This document shows positions 37,814 to 48,997 of a stretch of 64,000 bases of DNA, in pieces. The stretch spans positions 69,888 to 133,887 of the forward strand of contig CAZSCV010000002.1 of the NCBI GenBank assembly GCA_964605525.1, read 5' to 3'. Source of the DNA: an uncultured Bdellovibrionales bacterium. Lineage in GTDB: Bacteria > Patescibacteriota > Minisyncoccia > Moranbacterales > UBA9337. Each line of letters opens with the position of its first letter. Position 1 is the first letter of the stretch. The position numbers were made by a program, and so were the translations under genes. The notes below the pieces were generated by a model. It made no database searches, was not told the DNA's origin, and saw only the letters and a list, made by a program, of their open reading frames with translations.

Positions 37814-39721
37814 TTATTCTTTGGCTGGAGTTTCGGCAGGAACAATTCTGATAAAATTATCCGGCCGGTTATCAATATTCAATTCCCATTCCGGGAGGGA
37901 ACTTTCACTGTAATAATAATGCGCCGAGAGAGTATCTTTGTTCTTTTTTTTGTTAGATTCCAGTTTTTCAAAATAACGCATTTTTCCTCTGCGAGTGATG
38001 ACAAAATAATCTATGGAATTTTTTGTAGAATTTACCGAATAGTTGGTAGTGCAAGTGCCTGAAAAAAATTCACATACTCCGTAATAATCCGACCAGACAG
38101 TCAATTCTTTGGCGCCAGGAAGGCTATTGAGGTATTTGGCGGCCTCAAACCCTCCATATCCCCAGGAATCAGCTATAATGTATTTTTTGGGCAGTAGGTT
38201 ATTTGTGTAATTGAGATAGAAGGGCTTGGCAAGAATTATTGGAAGTGCCAAGGAGAAAACAAGAGCAACTGTCAAAATAAGCTTGTTGCCTTTTTTAAGT
38301 ACAAAAGCAGATGAAAGCATGGAATAGAAAGAAATCGCCGCTAGAAAATATGCCGCTGGATACAATATAATATCATAGCGAATTATGGCAAATAAATTTT
38401 TCGAAAGAACAGCTCCAAAAAAAGATAGTATGAAAAAAGAAAGTGAAAATGAAATAAAATGAAATGGATTTTTCTTGAAAAAAATTGACCTGATCCAATG
38501 TGCCAGCATTAAAAAAATAACAACAGGTTGGAGGGAAAAAACAAAAATTTTAAATTCAAGCATGACTTTTTCAAAAAAAGACGTTCCTTCGGGAAAAAAT
38601 TTCACATCAAATGGAATTTCGCTTATTTGGAGAAAATTGCCCCCAATCGACCAATTCAGTAAAACTGCAAGAAAAATAAATGCCAAAACTGAATAAACGA
38701 CTGAAGAAATAACAAATCTGGCTTTGTGCAGAAAATTTGATATTTTCAAAAAGAGGCTTGCTTTTATTTTTACGCACAGAATCAGGATTATTAATAGCGC
38801 AAGTATGCAAATAAGAAATACGGGAATTCCTTCATATAGTAGCGTTCCTTTTAAAAGAATTGAGAAATCTAATAATGAAGCCGGAAGAAATATGGCGAAC
38901 ACAACCACTGAGGTCAAAATTGTCAGCACGTAACCTGTGATAAGTTTTTTTACATCCCTTCCGAGAAGCTCCGCATCAGATGAAGATTTTCTAAAGAAAA
39001 ATATCCAGGCAAGTATGATGGAAAAAAAATAAATGAAAAGAAAGGTGCTGGTATATTTGCAAAGCAAGCTTAATCCCAAAAAAATACCGCTCAAAAAACT
39101 CAAAGGAAATTCTTTCTTGATTATAAAAGCGAGAAATAATAGAACAGAGGCAAAAGTGCAAGACCAAATTAAGGCATCAGGATTTATGACCTGGGAAATT
39201 CCGACAAGAATAGGGGATAGGGACATAATAAAGACAGCCAAAAAAGAAAACGGCTTATTTCCGGTCAATTTGTTGGTAATCCAATAAAAAGATAACAACG
39301 AAAGCGCGGACCAGATCAACAAGGGGATTCGGAAGAAAAAATTTCTTTTTATTGTTGATTTTTCCCTGGCTTCACCGAAAGATTCACTGTCGCCGGAAAC
39401 AGTTGTTTCTCTGGGAAATTGATTGAAGTTTCTGTTTAAAAAATAACCGGCACCGTCTATGAGGGCTAATGTGATTCCGGGCTTGTCATTTATGTAGGTT
39501 TTTTCAAATTCTCCACTGGAAATACCCTTCCAATAATGAGGAATTCTTTCATATTTCCAAAGCTGTTCATCTGGGGATACGAAATTTGTTAAATGAAAAA
39601 AACCGAATGATAAAAATATAAAAGCCGGCAAAACGGCAAAAATCGCGGATTTTTTTTGTAATAATTTCAGAATACGTATGCGCATATTAATATCAAAGCA
39701 AGTAGACAACAAGGATAGCAA
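37814..39721 (-). CDS. GT-C fold membrane glycosyltransferase, ArnT/PMT (GT39/GT83)-like, family A paralog 1
   Basis: First-loop DE motif (SPDEQLWKYERIPHYW), INDKPGITLALIDG, more than 10 TM, C-terminal soluble domain GYGGFEAAKYLNSLPG...VWSD...GVCEFFSGTC shared with the next two genes. Confidence 0.6.
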   Translation of the reverse strand: MLSLLSTCFDINMRIRILKLLQKKSAIFAVLPAFIFLSFGFFHLTNFVSPDEQLWKYERIPHYWKGISSGEFEKTYINDKPGITLALIDGAGYFLNRNFNQFPRETTVSGDSESFGEAREKSTIKRNFFFRIPLLIWSALSLLSFYWITNKLTGNKPFSFLAVFIMSLSPILVGISQVINPDALIWSCTFASVLLFLAFIIKKEFPLSFLSGIFLGLSLLCKYTSTFLFIYFFSIILAWIFFFRKSSSDAELLGRDVKKLITGYVLTILTSVVVFAIFLPASLLDFSILLKGTLLYEGIPVFLICILALLIILILCVKIKASLFLKISNFLHKARFVISSVVYSVLAFIFLAVLLNWSIGGNFLQISEIPFDVKFFPEGTSFFEKVMLEFKIFVFSLQPVVIFLMLAHWIRSIFFKKNPFHFISFSLSFFILSFFGAVLSKNLFAIIRYDIILYPAAYFLAAISFYSMLSSAFVLKKGNKLILTVALVFSLALPIILAKPFYLNYTNNLLPKKYIIADSWGYGGFEAAKYLNSLPGAKELTVWSDYYGVCEFFSGTCTTNYSVNSTKNSIDYFVITRRGKMRYFEKLESNKKKNKDTLSAHYYYSESSLPEWELNIDNRPDNFIRIVPAETPAKE

Positions 39722-39755
39722 ATACCAGAAAGACGGCTGATTATGGAAATTTTTT

Positions 39756-41639
39756 TTATTCCATTATTAATAGCTGTTTGGCGTCAACAACTTTGACAAA
39801 ATTATCCGGCCGACCGGCTATCTCCACCTTAAACGCATAATCCTCCGTGAGGTAGGCTTGCTCGAGGTCGATATAACTTTTGGCTGAGGTTTCAGTTTTG
39901 AAAGTTTTAGACATCCGGCCGGTTGAAATAACGATGTAATCAAAATCTTTTCCCTTGATGTTTTTGGGATCAAGTCCAATTTCACAGCGTCCGGAGAAAA
40001 CCGCGCAAACAGCGCCTTTGTCCGACCAAATGACAAGATTCTGCGGATTGGGAAGAGAATTTAAATAGGCTGCGGCTTCATATGATCCATCCCCCATATC
40101 TTTTAAATTAACAACATATTTTTTGGGAAGAATCTCAGAATTATATGCAAAATAGAAAGGCTTGATTGAAACAAGACTGTAAATCAAGGAAAATGCAAAT
40201 AATATTGAAATTATAATTTGATGTTTCTCGAATCTTTTAATCTGGACAAAATGCGCAAGTGCCATTCCGGCAATAATAAAAAAGAGGGGATAGAGCATTA
40301 CTTGATAACGCACCACCGCAACAGCGCCACTAGCAGTCGAGGCAATGTAATAAATAAAAATAAACAACAAGAAATAAAAAACATTTTTTATTGCGTAAAT
40401 ATCCTTTTCTTTATGCCAAACAATGAGAGCAGTGATGTAAGAAATAACCGAAACAAGTACCAGTGGAGAAACAGCAAAAATAAGGCTGTACACTTCCGCC
40501 AATATTTTCCCGCTAAATACTGCCGGGGAGAACAAGTCGTTCGTTCCCTTTGGAGAAGCGATTATTTGCATAAAGTCGCCAAAGCGCATTCCCGAATAAA
40601 CATTAACAATTACGGCAATCATCAAAAAAAGAAAAAATCCTAAAAATAACAATACCAGAGTTTTTCGATAAGGGGTGATTTTTTCCAAAATTGTTTTAAT
40701 TATCTTTGATTTCAGAAAAAAGAAATCCAATCCGATAAAAAACAATATAGCACAAAATAAAGGCAGGAATGGCACAAAGGTTTTGTTTAAAAACGTTCCC
40801 TCTAGGAGCATTATGGGCTTTACCCAAACGGCAGGGAAAAAAATGAAAAAAGTCGCCAGTGAGGATGCAATCAAAATCAGATAACCAATCATTTTATTCC
40901 TCAAATAAACAAAAAATTCAGTTTGCTTTGCGGCAAAAATAAAATCAATGAATATGAGCAGGAAAAAATAAACATAGAGAACATTGGACACATATTTTGT
41001 AAGCAGAGAAAGACCCAAGAAAATTCCAGCAATAGCGGAAAATTTAAATTTATCTTCTTTTAGGTACGCCAAAAAAGAAAGCAACGCAAGTGGCGCAAAA
41101 ATCCAAATCAACGAATCCGGATTAATAATAAGCGACATCCCCAGAAGAATCGGAGAGAGTCCTATGAATATGGTTGAAAAATTAGCCGTGGATTTTCCGA
41201 ACATTTTTCGGATAAAAAAATAAAACAAAGGAAGAAAGAGTAGTGAAAGAAGATAAATCGGCAGGCGAAAAAAGAAATTTATTGAGTTGATAATTTCCAA
41301 TTGTTCTGAAGTTTTGGGTTTTTGCCTCAGTGTTTTGTAATCCATCGGGTCATATTTTAAAAGACCCAATCCGGAAAATATTGCGACAGTCACTCCCGGC
41401 TTGTCATTAATATTGGTTCGGCTGAATTTCGGTTTGGTTACTCCGCTCCAAAACTTCGAAGTTCTGTCATAAGTCCAATATGGCTCGTCCACCGCGGAAT
41501 ATTTGTCCAAGCGCGGAAGTCCGAAAAAAAGATTAACAGCAATAATCGAACTAAGCAACAAAATCGCCCCTAGTTCTTTTTTGAAAAAAATTTTCATATA
41601 CTTTGCCGCATCATCTGATAATTTTCTTAGTGTTTTCAT
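39756..41639 (-). CDS. GT-C fold membrane glycosyltransferase, ArnT/PMT-like, family A paralog 2
   Basis: SAVDEPYWTYDRTSKFW, NINDKPGVTVAIFSG, C-terminal GDGSYEAAAYLNSLP...IWSDKGAVCAVFSGRC. Confidence 0.6.
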   Translation of the reverse strand: MKTLRKLSDDAAKYMKIFFKKELGAILLLSSIIAVNLFFGLPRLDKYSAVDEPYWTYDRTSKFWSGVTKPKFSRTNINDKPGVTVAIFSGLGLLKYDPMDYKTLRQKPKTSEQLEIINSINFFFRLPIYLLSLLFLPLFYFFIRKMFGKSTANFSTIFIGLSPILLGMSLIINPDSLIWIFAPLALLSFLAYLKEDKFKFSAIAGIFLGLSLLTKYVSNVLYVYFFLLIFIDFIFAAKQTEFFVYLRNKMIGYLILIASSLATFFIFFPAVWVKPIMLLEGTFLNKTFVPFLPLFCAILFFIGLDFFFLKSKIIKTILEKITPYRKTLVLLFLGFFLFLMIAVIVNVYSGMRFGDFMQIIASPKGTNDLFSPAVFSGKILAEVYSLIFAVSPLVLVSVISYITALIVWHKEKDIYAIKNVFYFLLFIFIYYIASTASGAVAVVRYQVMLYPLFFIIAGMALAHFVQIKRFEKHQIIISILFAFSLIYSLVSIKPFYFAYNSEILPKKYVVNLKDMGDGSYEAAAYLNSLPNPQNLVIWSDKGAVCAVFSGRCEIGLDPKNIKGKDFDYIVISTGRMSKTFKTETSAKSYIDLEQAYLTEDYAFKVEIAGRPDNFVKVVDAKQLLIME

Positions 41640-41648
41640 AGATAAGTT

Positions 41649-43877
41649 TTATCTTAATTTTATTATGCGAACATACTGACTTTCACGATTATTTATTTTT
41701 AATTGCCAGAAAATATCATTTCCTTCAAGCTCATAGTATTGCCCGAAGCTCAATGGATCGTTGGGTTTTGACCGACTTCTCTTTTTTGTCCGGCTTTCTC
41801 TTCCTGATGAAATAACTACATATTCAATTTGAATATTCTGAAGTTCCAGCTTGTCATATCCAGTATAGCAAATTCCTGCAAAAAAGTTGCATACTCCGGA
41901 TTTATCCGTCCAAATAACCGTTTCTTCCGCGTCAGGAAGTTGATTAAGAAACTGCGCCGCTTCATATGACCCACTTCCCATATCCTTCAAATTAAGCGAA
42001 TACTCGCGAGGAAGGAAAACGGAAGCGTAGCTTAGATAAAAAGGATGATTCAGCCAGAGGGAGATAATCCCAGCAGAGATTATTAGCAAGATAGGAACGA
42101 TTACTAGAGAAAGAATACCTAGTTTTATACGCTCAAACAATGTTTTTATTCCCAATCCTGCGGCGGTTAAAATTAGCGGGAAAGCCATTATTTGATAGCG
42201 GGTTATCAATGCGACATTGGTCATAATTGATCCGGCATAATAAAGCAGAGTAAAAAATATGAGAAAAATAAAATAGCGTTTTTGGGCGGAATATTTCTTG
42301 GAAAAAGCAAAAAATAATCCGCTTGCAATTCCCAATATTGCAATGGGATGGATGGCAAAAATTAAAGCATAAAAATCAGCAAAAAAAGTATTCAGGGAGC
42401 CGATTTTTTTGATTGATTTTGGGGATTGGAGAATTTCTTCAAAATTCCAAAAATGCATTCCGAGATAAACATTGAAAAGTACGATTAATATTGAAAGAGT
42501 AAAAATTGATCCAATAAAAATAAAAATGAACCTTCTTTTTTTTGCAAAAAAACTCAAAATTGAAGAAAACAAGATATTTTTAAATAAAAAAGTGTCGAAT
42601 ACTAATAACGCAAAAAAAGACAACAGATATGCGGAAGTTGATTGAAATGCCTGGCTGTGGATGGTTGCTTTTAGGATTATTTCCGGGTTAACCCAAGATG
42701 CCGGACAGAAAAGATAAAAAACGGCTAGAGAAATAAAAATTATAGAAAGATAGTTATAAACCGATTCTCTTAAATATATTTTTAAAGAAGGGTATTTTTT
42801 TACGTTTAAAATATATTCAAGAAAAATAAGAAAAAAGAAAAAAATGAAAAGAATATTAGCGACATACTTTGTTAGAAGTGCCAATCCTAAAAATATTCCG
42901 GACCATAAAATAAAAATTTTTGATTTTCTTTTTAAATAAGAAAAATAAGAAAAAATCGACGCGGAAGTAAAAATCCAGAGTAAGGAGTCTGGATTGATTA
43001 TGCGGACCATCCCGATCAATATCGGAGAGAGTCCGATAAATGCGATTGAATACAGCGCTGATTTTTTTCCGGAAAAACGTTCAATGAAAAAATAAAGAAT
43101 TGGAATAAAAAATGCAGCGAAAACAAGGATGGGGAAGCGAAGCGCAAGATTCATTTCTTCAAAATTTTTCGTTGAAGCAAAAATTCTACTACTCCATTTA
43201 ATTGGAGCGTAATTTTCGGGCGTTATCCAATTCAATCCGATCCCTGAAATAATTGAAACTGTGATCCCGGGCTTATCACTGACAAAGGTTCTTTCCCATT
43301 CATGTTTTTCAAGTGCCAGCCAATATTTCTCAATTCGGCCGAAAGTCCAAAGAGCTTCATCCACGGCTGCAAATTTTTGCACATTAAAGCTTGAAAATCC
43401 AAAGAAAGCAAAGGCAATCAAAAAAACGGATGCCAGTGTTAATACTCCTTGTTCCTGCAACCAATTTCCAATTGATACCGCAGTGGAAAATTTTTCCGGC
43501 TGATGTTTTTTAAGCAAATACTTCCAAGATAAAAAAATAACCGCCACCGCTAAAAAGATATTCGCAAAAGCAAAGACCGCTAGGTGGAACTGGAAACCAT
43601 TAACTGCGACAAAAATTTGAGCAGGAAGAAGAACGAAAACGGTTTTTTTGAAAAAAATTTCAAATGCAAACTTTTCTTCAAAATAAGCAATCAAACCTAA
43701 TGATACTATTAAAACTGTTAAGTAAAGGAAATATAGGATGTCACCTGGAATTAAAACAGGAAAATAGGGGTTTTTCTCCATTTTTATCAAAAAAATAAAA
43801 AAAAGCATTAAAATTGAAAAAAATGCCAGAAGTTTGGGATAATAGTTGGAAAATATTTCATTCAAAAGCTTGTTCAT
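41649..43877 (-). CDS. GT-C fold membrane glycosyltransferase, ArnT/PMT-like, family A paralog 3 (extended N-terminus)
   Basis: AAVDEALWTFGRIEKYW, FVSDKPGITVSIISG, C-terminal GSGSYEAAQFLNQLP...IWTDKSGVCNFFAGIC. Confidence 0.6.
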   Translation of the reverse strand: MNKLLNEIFSNYYPKLLAFFSILMLFFIFLIKMEKNPYFPVLIPGDILYFLYLTVLIVSLGLIAYFEEKFAFEIFFKKTVFVLLPAQIFVAVNGFQFHLAVFAFANIFLAVAVIFLSWKYLLKKHQPEKFSTAVSIGNWLQEQGVLTLASVFLIAFAFFGFSSFNVQKFAAVDEALWTFGRIEKYWLALEKHEWERTFVSDKPGITVSIISGIGLNWITPENYAPIKWSSRIFASTKNFEEMNLALRFPILVFAAFFIPILYFFIERFSGKKSALYSIAFIGLSPILIGMVRIINPDSLLWIFTSASIFSYFSYLKRKSKIFILWSGIFLGLALLTKYVANILFIFFFFLIFLEYILNVKKYPSLKIYLRESVYNYLSIIFISLAVFYLFCPASWVNPEIILKATIHSQAFQSTSAYLLSFFALLVFDTFLFKNILFSSILSFFAKKRRFIFIFIGSIFTLSILIVLFNVYLGMHFWNFEEILQSPKSIKKIGSLNTFFADFYALIFAIHPIAILGIASGLFFAFSKKYSAQKRYFIFLIFFTLLYYAGSIMTNVALITRYQIMAFPLILTAAGLGIKTLFERIKLGILSLVIVPILLIISAGIISLWLNHPFYLSYASVFLPREYSLNLKDMGSGSYEAAQFLNQLPDAEETVIWTDKSGVCNFFAGICYTGYDKLELQNIQIEYVVISSGRESRTKKRSRSKPNDPLSFGQYYELEGNDIFWQLKINNRESQYVRIIKLR

Positions 43878-43962
43878 GTCTATTAATATCGCTTTTTTAA
43901 TAAAAATATGTTAAAATAAGTAGGAATTAAAAAACCTTATTTTCCATTATATCGCATTTACA

Positions 43963-45726
43963 ATGATACGCAAACTGTCAAGTTTCCTCAAAAATAATTG
44001 GTTCGTACTTCTCATCTCTGTCATTTTTTTGGTTGGAATTTTTTTGCGTTCTTTTCATTTTTCCGATTGGATGCATTTTGAATTGGATCAAGAGAGAGAT
44101 GCGCACCTAATCAGCAAAGCCATTGAAAATGGTCCGGCAGAACTCCCGCTTCTCGGTCCGCGGGCGAGCGGATCATTTTTGCGCCTCGGTCCGGTTTTTT
44201 ATTACTTGGAATACCTGAGCGCACTGGCATTTGGAAATACTCCGCAAGGAATTGCCGGGGTTGTTTTGCTTTTTTCAATCGCTTCACTTCCTTTGTTTTT
44301 TTATTTCTTCCGAATATATTTTGACAGGAGAATTTCTTTGATGCTTCTTTCTCTTTATGCGGTTTCTTTATATTTCGTGATGTATTCTCGATTTGCTTGG
44401 AATCCGAATTTGCTTCCGTTTTTCATTCTGCTGTTCTTTTATTCCTTGCTAAGGATAATAAAAACGGATGAAAAAAATAAAGGCAAGTGGCTTTTAATAT
44501 GTTCATTTTCCTTGGCAATCACTACCCAGCTTCATTTTGTAGCATTCATAAGCTTGCCGGTGATTTTTGCTTTCGGAATAATATTCAAACGAACAAGAAT
44601 AAATTGGCGCTATTGGTTGGGATTTATTTTCATTTTGCTTCTTTTTTATTCTCCAATGATTATTAATGAATACAAAACAGGGGGAGAAAACGCGCAAGAA
44701 TTTTTCAAAGCAATTACAGAGAAATCGGGAGATGGCGAAAATGTAAGCATTGTTAAAAAAGCAGTCATTGATTATATTAAAACATCTCGTTATTATTCTG
44801 TTCTGTTGACTGGAAGGGATGACAGTGATTTTTTGAGAATAAATTTTGAAGATATAAAAAATCAGAATACGAATTGCAAGTATTGCTGGAGGGATTTTCC
44901 GTTGGGAATAATGAGTTCGCTTTTTTTTCTGGTTGGGATATGGCTGTCTGTTTGGATATGGAGAAAAGAGTCTGATGAACAAAAGAAGGATTTTATTTTA
45001 CTTAATTTGGTTTGGATATTTTTTGTTTTTCTTTTATTTGTCCCCCTGGCACTTGAAATATCTCCGCGATTTTTCTTATTATCCGCTTTTTCCCCATTTT
45101 TTCTTCTGGGCGTGGTTTTGAATTATTTTTTTCGAACAAAAAAGGCTATCGTTTCTTGGATAATCTTCCTGATTCTCATCTCGCTTGGCATTCAATCAGT
45201 AAAAATGCGTTTTAATGAGCTTTCCAGGGCGCCATTTGAAAATATTTGGAGTCAAAAAGATGTGATTCTTAAAGAGAAAAAAAGGGTGACTCTCGAGCAA
45301 GAAGAAATGATTATTGCTTATATGGAAAAAATAAGCCGGGAAAACGGAGAGCCGATATTTTTCGAAGCCGATCCGGAATATTCCAATGCATTTGAATATT
45401 TTCTGGAGAAAAATCCGGCGCTTTTTGATGACATTAGCAGTAAAAATATTTATCGGCAAGGAAATTATTTCTCAATTCAATCGATTAATAGTCTTGAGGA
45501 AGTATATTTAGGTAAGCTGTCCAAAAAATTCACATTGCTGGATGCCACGCAATTTGGAACTCTCACGGTAGTCCGGATGCAGCCAAAAGAAGAGGCTATT
45601 ACGGAGGATGCGAAAGATTTTAATGAGCCACCTAAGAAAAAATCCAGGTCGAAAGCTCCAAAACGTTATGTGTGGAGAGAAATATTTGACCAGGGTTTTA
45701 TTAATGAAGATGATGAAGATGAATAA
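43963..45726 (+). CDS. polytopic membrane protein, family B paralog 1 (GT-C-like / glycan polymerase-like)
   Basis: Shared N-terminal motif FHFSDWMHFELDQERDAHLISKAIENG...LPLLGPRASGSFLRLGPVFYY with 48998 and 50773; about 13 TM; acidic C-terminal tail. Confidence 0.5.
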   Translation: MIRKLSSFLKNNWFVLLISVIFLVGIFLRSFHFSDWMHFELDQERDAHLISKAIENGPAELPLLGPRASGSFLRLGPVFYYLEYLSALAFGNTPQGIAGVVLLFSIASLPLFFYFFRIYFDRRISLMLLSLYAVSLYFVMYSRFAWNPNLLPFFILLFFYSLLRIIKTDEKNKGKWLLICSFSLAITTQLHFVAFISLPVIFAFGIIFKRTRINWRYWLGFIFILLLFYSPMIINEYKTGGENAQEFFKAITEKSGDGENVSIVKKAVIDYIKTSRYYSVLLTGRDDSDFLRINFEDIKNQNTNCKYCWRDFPLGIMSSLFFLVGIWLSVWIWRKESDEQKKDFILLNLVWIFFVFLLFVPLALEISPRFFLLSAFSPFFLLGVVLNYFFRTKKAIVSWIIFLILISLGIQSVKMRFNELSRAPFENIWSQKDVILKEKKRVTLEQEEMIIAYMEKISRENGEPIFFEADPEYSNAFEYFLEKNPALFDDISSKNIYRQGNYFSIQSINSLEEVYLGKLSKKFTLLDATQFGTLTVVRMQPKEEAITEDAKDFNEPPKKKSRSKAPKRYVWREIFDQGFINEDDEDE

Positions 45727-47305
45727 TAAATTTTATTCGGGAATGTTGGTATTTTTTGGAATTATTATTCTAGTTGTTTTTTATTTTTTTCAAAAAAACA
45801 ATACTGCTAATATCCAGCGGGAAAATGAAGATAAATTTAAAGATATTGCGGTAAATATAGATCTTGAAGCTTTAAAATTCAAGCCATTATCCTTTCCTGA
45901 CCGGGAATGTAATATTTTAAATTATGGAGCCGAGGAAAGTGGAAAAAAACTGGCAACTGAAGCCATCCGGCAAGCCATAGATGATTGTGCCAAGCAGGGC
46001 GGAGGAAAAGTTGTTATTCCGACGGGAAAATGGAAGACAGGCGCAATTCATCTTAAAAGCAATATCAACTTATATCTCGAAGATAATTCCCAGTTAATCT
46101 TCAGCTCAAACCCGCAAAATTATCTGCCGGTTGTTTTCTCGCGCTTTGAAGGTATGGAACTTTATAATTATTCGCCATTTATTTACGCGAAAGATTGCGA
46201 AAATGTAGCACTAGGCGGAAAAGGAGAAATCATCGGGCAGGGAGAAAAATGGAATGATTGGAATGATAAACAGAAATCCGCAGTCAATGAGCTTTATGAT
46301 ATGGCAGATAAAGATGTTCCGGTCGAAAAAAGGATTTTTGGGACTGAAAAAGCCGCTTTGCGTCCAAATTTTATTGAGTTTGTCGGATGCAGGAATGTTG
46401 AAATTTCCGGATTGACCATTATTGATGGTCCGATGTGGACGCTTCATCCTCTTTATTCGGAAAATGTATATATTCACGATTTAAATATAAAAACGAAAAG
46501 CCATAATACGGACGGAGTTGTGATTGACTCATCAAAAAATGTCTTGGTGGAAAATTGCAAATTTGAAACTGGCGATGATGCGGTTTCAATAAAATCCGGA
46601 TTGGATAATGATGGATGGCGGGTCGGCAGGTCGTCTGAAAACATCGTTATTAGAAAAATTTCGACAAAACGAGGGCACGGAAGCGTGAATATCGGAAGTG
46701 AGATGTCGGGCGGAGTTAAAAATGTTCTTGTTTATGATTGTGATTTTTTCAACACACAATCGGGAGTTCGAATAAAAACTTTGCGGGGGCGAGGGGGATT
46801 TGTGGAAAATGCCACTTTTTATGATATAAGAATGTTGGACGTTAATGATCCGATTATTATGGACTTACGTTATCCGGCATATACAGTTACTCCGAAAACC
46901 AAAGCTATGCCGAATATAAAAAATATTTTATTTAGCGATATTAACAGTATCGCTTCCCGGAACGCGATTTTTATCAGAGGTTTTTCAGAAAAAGATAATC
47001 TGAGTGAAATATCCTTTAAAAATATTTCAATGAAAGCGCTGAACGGAGTATTAATAGACGGAGCGGAAAATTTAAAATTTGAAAATATCGACATAGATAT
47101 TGAAGTAAAAAAAGACAAATCGCTGGTTTCTGTCAGCGAGAGTTTCAATTTAATATTTAAAAAAATAAAATGCAATGATAATATTGAAATATGCTTCAGG
47201 ATATTGGGAGAGGAATTGGGAGGGATTGATCTGAAAGAATCCGGGATTTCAAATATCAATGAAAGAATGCAATTTACGCAAGATGAAAAATTTTTTGAAA
47301 ATTAA
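45719..47305 (+). CDS. glycoside hydrolase family 28 (polygalacturonase-like, parallel beta-helix), signal-anchored
   Basis: CNILNYGAEESGKKLATEAIRQAIDDCAKQGGGKVVIP, NTDGVVIDSS, GHGSVNIGSEMSGGVKNV GH28 signatures; start placed at ATG 45719 overlapping the upstream stop. Confidence 0.7.
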   Translation: MNNKFYSGMLVFFGIIILVVFYFFQKNNTANIQRENEDKFKDIAVNIDLEALKFKPLSFPDRECNILNYGAEESGKKLATEAIRQAIDDCAKQGGGKVVIPTGKWKTGAIHLKSNINLYLEDNSQLIFSSNPQNYLPVVFSRFEGMELYNYSPFIYAKDCENVALGGKGEIIGQGEKWNDWNDKQKSAVNELYDMADKDVPVEKRIFGTEKAALRPNFIEFVGCRNVEISGLTIIDGPMWTLHPLYSENVYIHDLNIKTKSHNTDGVVIDSSKNVLVENCKFETGDDAVSIKSGLDNDGWRVGRSSENIVIRKISTKRGHGSVNIGSEMSGGVKNVLVYDCDFFNTQSGVRIKTLRGRGGFVENATFYDIRMLDVNDPIIMDLRYPAYTVTPKTKAMPNIKNILFSDINSIASRNAIFIRGFSEKDNLSEISFKNISMKALNGVLIDGAENLKFENIDIDIEVKKDKSLVSVSESFNLIFKKIKCNDNIEICFRILGEELGGIDLKESGISNINERMQFTQDEKFFEN

Positions 47306-47318
47306 ATAAAAAAATAAT

Positions 47319-48146
47319 ATGCATAAATTGCAAAAAAACCTCGGGGAATACTGGAATAAATTCAAATCGTTGATAGCGAAAAATAAAAAAGTTGTGGTTA
47401 TTGGTGTTGCATTGGCGGTGCTTTTACTTTCCGGTTTTTGGGTTTGGAGGGAATGTGAAGTTAATCGTCCCTTAAAAATTGGGATTATGTCTGACATTCA
47501 CGCCGCTAACGACAAAGTGCGAATGGCTGACAATGAACCGGCGGGCTATCCGAGAAAATATAAGGAATATTTTGCATCCGCTTTGGATAAAATGAAAGAA
47601 GAGAAGGTCGATGTGGTATTGGCACTAGGGGATAACACTAATGTGGGCAATCCAAAATATGCAAAAAGTCTAATGGAAATTATGGCAGAAAAAAAAGCGA
47701 GTGTTATGTGGGTAAAAGGAAATCATGACCGGACAAAAACCAAAGTAATGACCTATTTCGGAATCGACAAGACATACTATTTCCAAGATGTTAAAAATTG
47801 GCGTATAATTGTGCTGGATTCTTCATTTACCGGAAAAGATTATACTGGCGAAATAGACGCGGAGCAGATGAAATGGCTCAAGGAAGCGCTCAAAACCGAC
47901 AGACGCGTGATTATTGCAATGCATCATCCAATATTTAACAAGGAAAATTTGGAAAATATTTATCCGATTTACAAAGATTTTGTGGAAACTATTTCAAATA
48001 GTCACAATGTTAAGGATGTGTTTTTTGGACATTTTCACAAATATGATATGGTTAAGGAAATAAACGGAGTAAAATATCATCTCGTCCCATCATTGACCGG
48101 AAATGAAAACGAACCGATTTTTAAGATCATAGAATTTGAAGAATGA
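47319..48146 (+). CDS. calcineurin-like metallophosphoesterase, paralog 1
   Basis: IGIMSDIHA, LGDNTNVGN, GNHD, GHFH motifs; N-terminal TM. Confidence 0.75.
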   Translation: MHKLQKNLGEYWNKFKSLIAKNKKVVVIGVALAVLLLSGFWVWRECEVNRPLKIGIMSDIHAANDKVRMADNEPAGYPRKYKEYFASALDKMKEEKVDVVLALGDNTNVGNPKYAKSLMEIMAEKKASVMWVKGNHDRTKTKVMTYFGIDKTYYFQDVKNWRIIVLDSSFTGKDYTGEIDAEQMKWLKEALKTDRRVIIAMHHPIFNKENLENIYPIYKDFVETISNSHNVKDVFFGHFHKYDMVKEINGVKYHLVPSLTGNENEPIFKIIEFEE

Positions 48147-48988
48147 AATTATTTATAAAGCAAAAAAATAAAATATTCATTACCTCGGTACTTTTTATTT
48201 TTGTGATCATTTTATTTGCAGGAGCATTGAAGATTGTGTTTTTTTGTGCAAGCAAAAAACATACGCCTGTCAAAATCGGGTGGGTAACAGATATTCATGC
48301 CGGGGGGCAAAGAGAGCGGAAACAAACAGAAAAGAATATTACATTTCCGCGGGAATATTCCAAATATCTGGATGCTGTTTTTAAAAAAATGAAGGCTGAG
48401 GGTATAAATTTTGTAATCACTTCCGGGGATAATACTGATAAAGGAGAAAATAAGTATGCGGAAAAGCTTGTCGCTATTGCCAGGGAAAATGAGATGAATG
48501 TTCTCTGGACAAAAGGCAACCACGATAGGGAAAAAAATGGCATAATGAAGCAACTGGGATTGGAAAAAAACTATTACACCTTTGATATCGGCAATGACGT
48601 AAGAATAATTATTTTAAATAATGCAAAAATCGACACTTATCCGAATGGTGAAATCGACGCGGAACAATTTGAGTGGTTCAAAGATGTTTTGAAAAATACT
48701 CGCAGAGGTAAAAAAATAATCATATCAATGCATGTTCCAATAATAGAACCGACTAAAAATTTTGTAATCACCCCTCAATATAAAGAATTTGAAAAACTGC
48801 TGAGAAAGAATAATAACATTATTTTTGTCCTATTTGGTCATCGGCATATGGAATTTAATGCGAAAATCAACGGGGTGCATTATTGGGCGGGAAATCCATT
48901 GACACTCAAAGATCACTTGGGAAGTTATTATATATTGGATATTGATAATGAAATTGTAATCTCTGCTGATTTAGCAGGTTTGGAATAA
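48143..48988 (+). CDS. calcineurin-like metallophosphoesterase, paralog 2
   Basis: IGWVTDIHAG, SGDNTDKGE, GNHD, GHRH motifs; ATGA overlap with the upstream gene. Confidence 0.75.
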   Translation: MKLFIKQKNKIFITSVLFIFVIILFAGALKIVFFCASKKHTPVKIGWVTDIHAGGQRERKQTEKNITFPREYSKYLDAVFKKMKAEGINFVITSGDNTDKGENKYAEKLVAIARENEMNVLWTKGNHDREKNGIMKQLGLEKNYYTFDIGNDVRIIILNNAKIDTYPNGEIDAEQFEWFKDVLKNTRRGKKIIISMHVPIIEPTKNFVITPQYKEFEKLLRKNNNIIFVLFGHRHMEFNAKINGVHYWAGNPLTLKDHLGSYYILDIDNEIVISADLAGLE

Positions 48989-48997
48989 AAAAAAATT